A stretch of DNA of 64,000 nucleotides, from NCBI GenBank assembly GCA_951406725.2, contig OX597833.1, positions 59,272,001 through 59,336,000 on the forward strand. The letters are read 5' to 3'. Of the stretch, positions 60,498 through 64,000 are shown one piece after another. Position numbers and translations under genes: made by a program. The notes under the pieces were generated by a model, which worked only from the letters and a program-made list of their open reading frames with translations, had not been told where the DNA came from and made no database searches. Every line of letters begins with the position of its first letter. Within the stretch, counting starts at the first letter, position 1. Source of the stretch: Octopus vulgaris (Eukaryota).

Positions 60498-60960
60498 GAC
60501 GAAGTGCTTGGCGGTATTTCATCTGTCGTTACGTTCTGAGTTCAATTTCCGCCGAGGTCAACTTTGCCTTTTCATCCTTTCGGGGTCGATAAATAAAGTA
60601 CCAGTTTCGCACTGGGGTCAATATAATTGACTCAATCCCTTCGTCTGTCCTTGTTTGTCCTCTCTGTGTTTAGCCCCTTGTGGGTAATAAAGAAATAGGT
60701 TTTCTCAGTATGACTTTATGACAAGAAGCTTGCTTCCTAACCACATGGTTTCGGGTTCGGCCCCACTGTGTGGTACCTTGGCCAAATATCTTCAGCTTTA
60801 GCCCTAGGTCAACCAAAGCCACATGAGTTGATTTGGTAGGAAGAAACTGAAAGAAGCCCATTATGTGTGTGTGTGGGAGGGGGTTATAATCGACTCAATC
60901 CCTTCATCTGTCCTTGTTTGTCCCCTCTATGTTTAGCCCCCTTCTGGGCAGTAAAGAAAT
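60498..60960 (+). mobile_element. Chimeric insertion: family M unit, captured family C segment, family M tail
   Basis: TSD atatactaacatctcag at 60481-60497 and 60961-60977. Confidence 0.75.
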
Positions 60961-62419
60961 ATATACTAACATCTCAGTGGAATAAGTCTGATTTTGAGTT
61001 CAAATTTCACCGCTGTCATTGAGAGCTGTTTCTTAAGCAAGACACTCAACACTGAGACCAATATTTGACACACCTTAAAACATTTACCTTCAAACTGTCG
61101 GACAACCACACTGAAACCAGGGAGTAACTGGACATTGTAAATTTAACAGTTTCACTATTATTCTGTCTGTGATTTGTACACATTTGGTCAGTACAACACT
61201 GACCAATTGTAAATTGTGATTGTGATTTTAAGAAGAGAGTTGCTTGCTTCAAATTTATTTTGGCCAAAGAACAATTGTACCTTTTAGTGATCTTTAATCC
61301 TCATCATCACCATCATCATTATCATCATCATCGTCATTTTAACCCCTTCGATACCAACCTGGCTGAAACTGCCTCTGGCTCTGTAGTACAAATGTCTTGT
61401 TTTCTTAATTTTTGAATCAAAATCTTCCACCAAACCTTAGTCACAATTTATGTTCTTAACACCAGCTTAATCTCAACTTTGCAATATTATGCAATAATAT
61501 GTGCAGGTGTGATTGAAATGAAAGATACCGAATCAGACTCATCAAAATTATGTATAAAAGTACTCAATTAGTACTTTATCAACTCTGAAAGGATGAAAGG
61601 CAAAGTCAACCTTGACACCATTTGAACTCAGAATGTAAAGTTGGAAGAAATGCCGACGAGCAGTTTATCTGGTGCAGTAACGATTCTGCCAGCTTGTCAC
61701 CTTGATCACTTTTACATATTACAAACAAAAGAAACCACTTGTTTCAATTAACTTGTCAGGTAGAAAAATGAATAAAAAAATAACAGAAAAATAGGAAAAC
61801 ACAAGAAAAAATTTTTTTTTTGTTTTCAGACGCTTTCATAAATTATTGGCTTTTTAATAATGTCATCAAGGTGAGTGACAAGCAGGTAGAATCATTACTG
61901 CACTGAATAAAATGCTTAGCAGCATTTATTCCAACTTTACATATCAGCAAAAAGATTTTCTTACAACTTTACGTATCAGCAAAAGGATTTTTAATACTTA
62001 AATGAAATTATCAATTATTAGCACAGGAGTGGCTGTGTGGTAAGTAGCTTGCTAACCAACCACATGGTTCCAGGTTCAGTCCCACTGCATGGCATCTTGG
62101 GCAAGTGTCTTCTACTATAGCCGTGTGAGTGGATTTGGTAGACGGAAACTGAAAGAAGCCCGTCGTGTATATGTATATATATATGTATGTGTGTGTGTTT
62201 GTGTGTCTGTGTTTGTCCCCCTAGCATTGCTTGACAACCGATGCTTATGTGTTTACGTCCCTGTCACTTAGCAGTTCGGCAAAAGAGACCAATAGAATAA
62301 GTACTGGGCTTACAAAGAATAAGTCCCGGGGTCGATTTGTTTGACTAAAGGCGGTGCTCCAGCATGGCCGCAGTCAAATGACTGAAACAAGTAAAAGAGT
62401 AAGAGTATATATGTAAGGT

Positions 62420-62822
62420 AGCAGAATCGTTAGCACGCCGGGTGAAATGTGTAGCTGTATTTCGTCTGCTGTTATGTTGTGAGTTCAAATTCCACCGAGG
62501 TCGACTTTGCCTTTCATCCTTTCGGGGTCGATAAATTAAGTACCATTTACGCACTGGGGTCGATGTAATCGACTTAATCCCTTTGTCTGTCCTTGTTTGT
62601 CCTCTCTGTGTTTAGCCCCTTGTGGGTAGTAAAGAAATAGGTATTTCGTCTGTCTTCACATTCTGAGTTCAAATTCCGCCGAGGTCGACCTTGCCTTTCA
62701 TCCTTTCAGGGTCGATAAATTAAGTACCATTTACGCACTGGGGTCGATGTAATCGACTTAATCCGTTTGCCTGTCCTTGTTTGTCCCTCTATGTTTAGCC
62801 CCTTGTGAGTAGTAAAGAAATA
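62420..62822 (+). mobile_element. SINE family M dimer inserted at the head of another family M copy (62831-62981)
   Basis: TSD tatatatgtaaggt at 62406-62419 and 62821-62834; unit junction at 62639/62640. Confidence 0.8.
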
Positions 62823-63059
62823 TATATGTAAGGTGGCGAGCTGACAGAATCGTTAGCATTCCGGGCGAAATACTTGGCAGTATTTTGTCAACTGTTACGT
62901 TCTGAGTTCAAATTCTGCCAAGGTCGACTTTGCTTTTCATCCTCTGTGGGGGTTGATTAAATAAGTACCAGTTATGCACTGGACTGTTAAGCATTTCGCT
63001 CGGCATGCTGACGTTTCTGCCAGCTCACCGCCTTAATAATACATAGATAATGCATATAT

Positions 63060-63278
63060 CAGTGCTTTTCAAACTTTTTGCTGGAGCGGAACCCCAAGGA
63101 AACATTCCACTGGCTCGAGGAACCCCTGTGCAATAATTTAATAGTCTTATGAACACATATCTGCACAGGAGAATTAAAAATTACTGCCGATTTTAGCAGT
63201 TTTGTAACTTCTTGCGGAACCCCTGGACTGTACTGGTGGAACCCTAAGGTTCCACGGAACCCTGGTTGAAAACCACTA
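63060..63278. mobile_element. hAT (Charlie-like) MITE
   Basis: TIRs cagtgcttttcaa and ttgaaaaccacta; 8-bp TSD gcatatat at 63052-63059 and 63279-63286. Confidence 0.85.
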
Positions 63279-64000
63279 GCATATATAATGCAAAAACACC
63301 CAACAGACTGATATGGTCAATAAAACAGAAGAAAAATTTTTTAATTCATTCTCTGTGTGACATTATCATCATCATCATCATCATTTAACATCCATTTTCC
63401 ATGCTGGCATTAGTTGGATGGTTTGACTGAGAACTGGCAAGCTAAGGAACTGCACCAGGTTCCAGTCTGATCTGGCACGGTTTCTACCGCTAGATACCCT
63501 TCCTAATGCCAACCACTGCAAGAGTGTAGTGGATGCATTTTACGTGCCACCAGCATGGATCCCAGTTACATAATACTGGTATTGACCACAACTACAACCT
63601 CACTTGGCTTGATCGGTTTTCTCAAGCACAGTACATTACCAAAGGTCCTGGTCACTTGTGAATGCTTCCATGAGACCCAAAGTTTGAAGGGTCCTCCTTA
63701 CGTGCCACCAGCATGGGTGCCAGTTACACAACACTGGCATTAGTGGAGGCACATGGCCTAGTGGTCACAGCAGCGGACTCGCGGTCGAGGGATCGCAGGT
63801 TCGAATCTCAAACTGGGTGATGTGTGTGTTTATGAGCGAAACACCTCAGCTCCATGCGGCTCCGGCAGAAGGTAATGGCAAACTTCTGCTGACTCTTTCG
63901 CCACAACTTTCTCTCACTCTTTCCTCCTGCATCATGCAGCTCCCCAGCGACGGACCGGCGTCCCGTCCAGGTGGGAAACCTATACGCGAAGGAAACCAGG

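Noticed and set aside
54810-64000. The next coding exon (DI-S6)
   Set aside because: No phase-0 exon encoding an S6-like FFGSxYLxNL motif was seen; it presumably lies beyond the window.

Overview
AT-rich, microsatellite-saturated animal genomic DNA. The gene and repeat families point to an octopus or other coleoid cephalopod (inference). The window lies inside one large plus-strand gene. Six GT-AG exons (9588-9796, 32253-32381, 45864-45973, 48414-48626, 50508-50568, 54665-54809; 867 nt, 289 codons, all phases compatible) splice into an open frame encoding the end of the N-terminus and domain I S1-S5 plus the P-loop (TQDYWED) of a voltage-gated sodium channel alpha subunit of the Nav2 (DSC1/NaCP60E-like, squid SC1-like) class. 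The start exon and the DI-S6 exon were not found. Nearly all supplied ORFs are microsatellite artefacts. The introns hold several tRNA-derived SINE families, CR1 and RTE LINE remnants, a Helitron, hAT and piggyBac-like MITEs and foldback elements. Main observations: (1) several unrelated (TA)n-embedded Penelope-like remnants carry minimal type I hammerhead ribozyme folds with palindromic helix III, one with a fully canonical core (25254-25342, minus strand), and almost all are antisense to the channel pre-mRNA; (2) one SINE builds head-less 184-bp tandem arrays that start at the loop of its own hairpin and repeatedly inserts into itself; (3) a candidate 41-nt poison exon follows the pore exon; (4) several long inverted repeats could form dsRNA in the pre-mRNA. 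All coordinates were read by eye and no database search was run.
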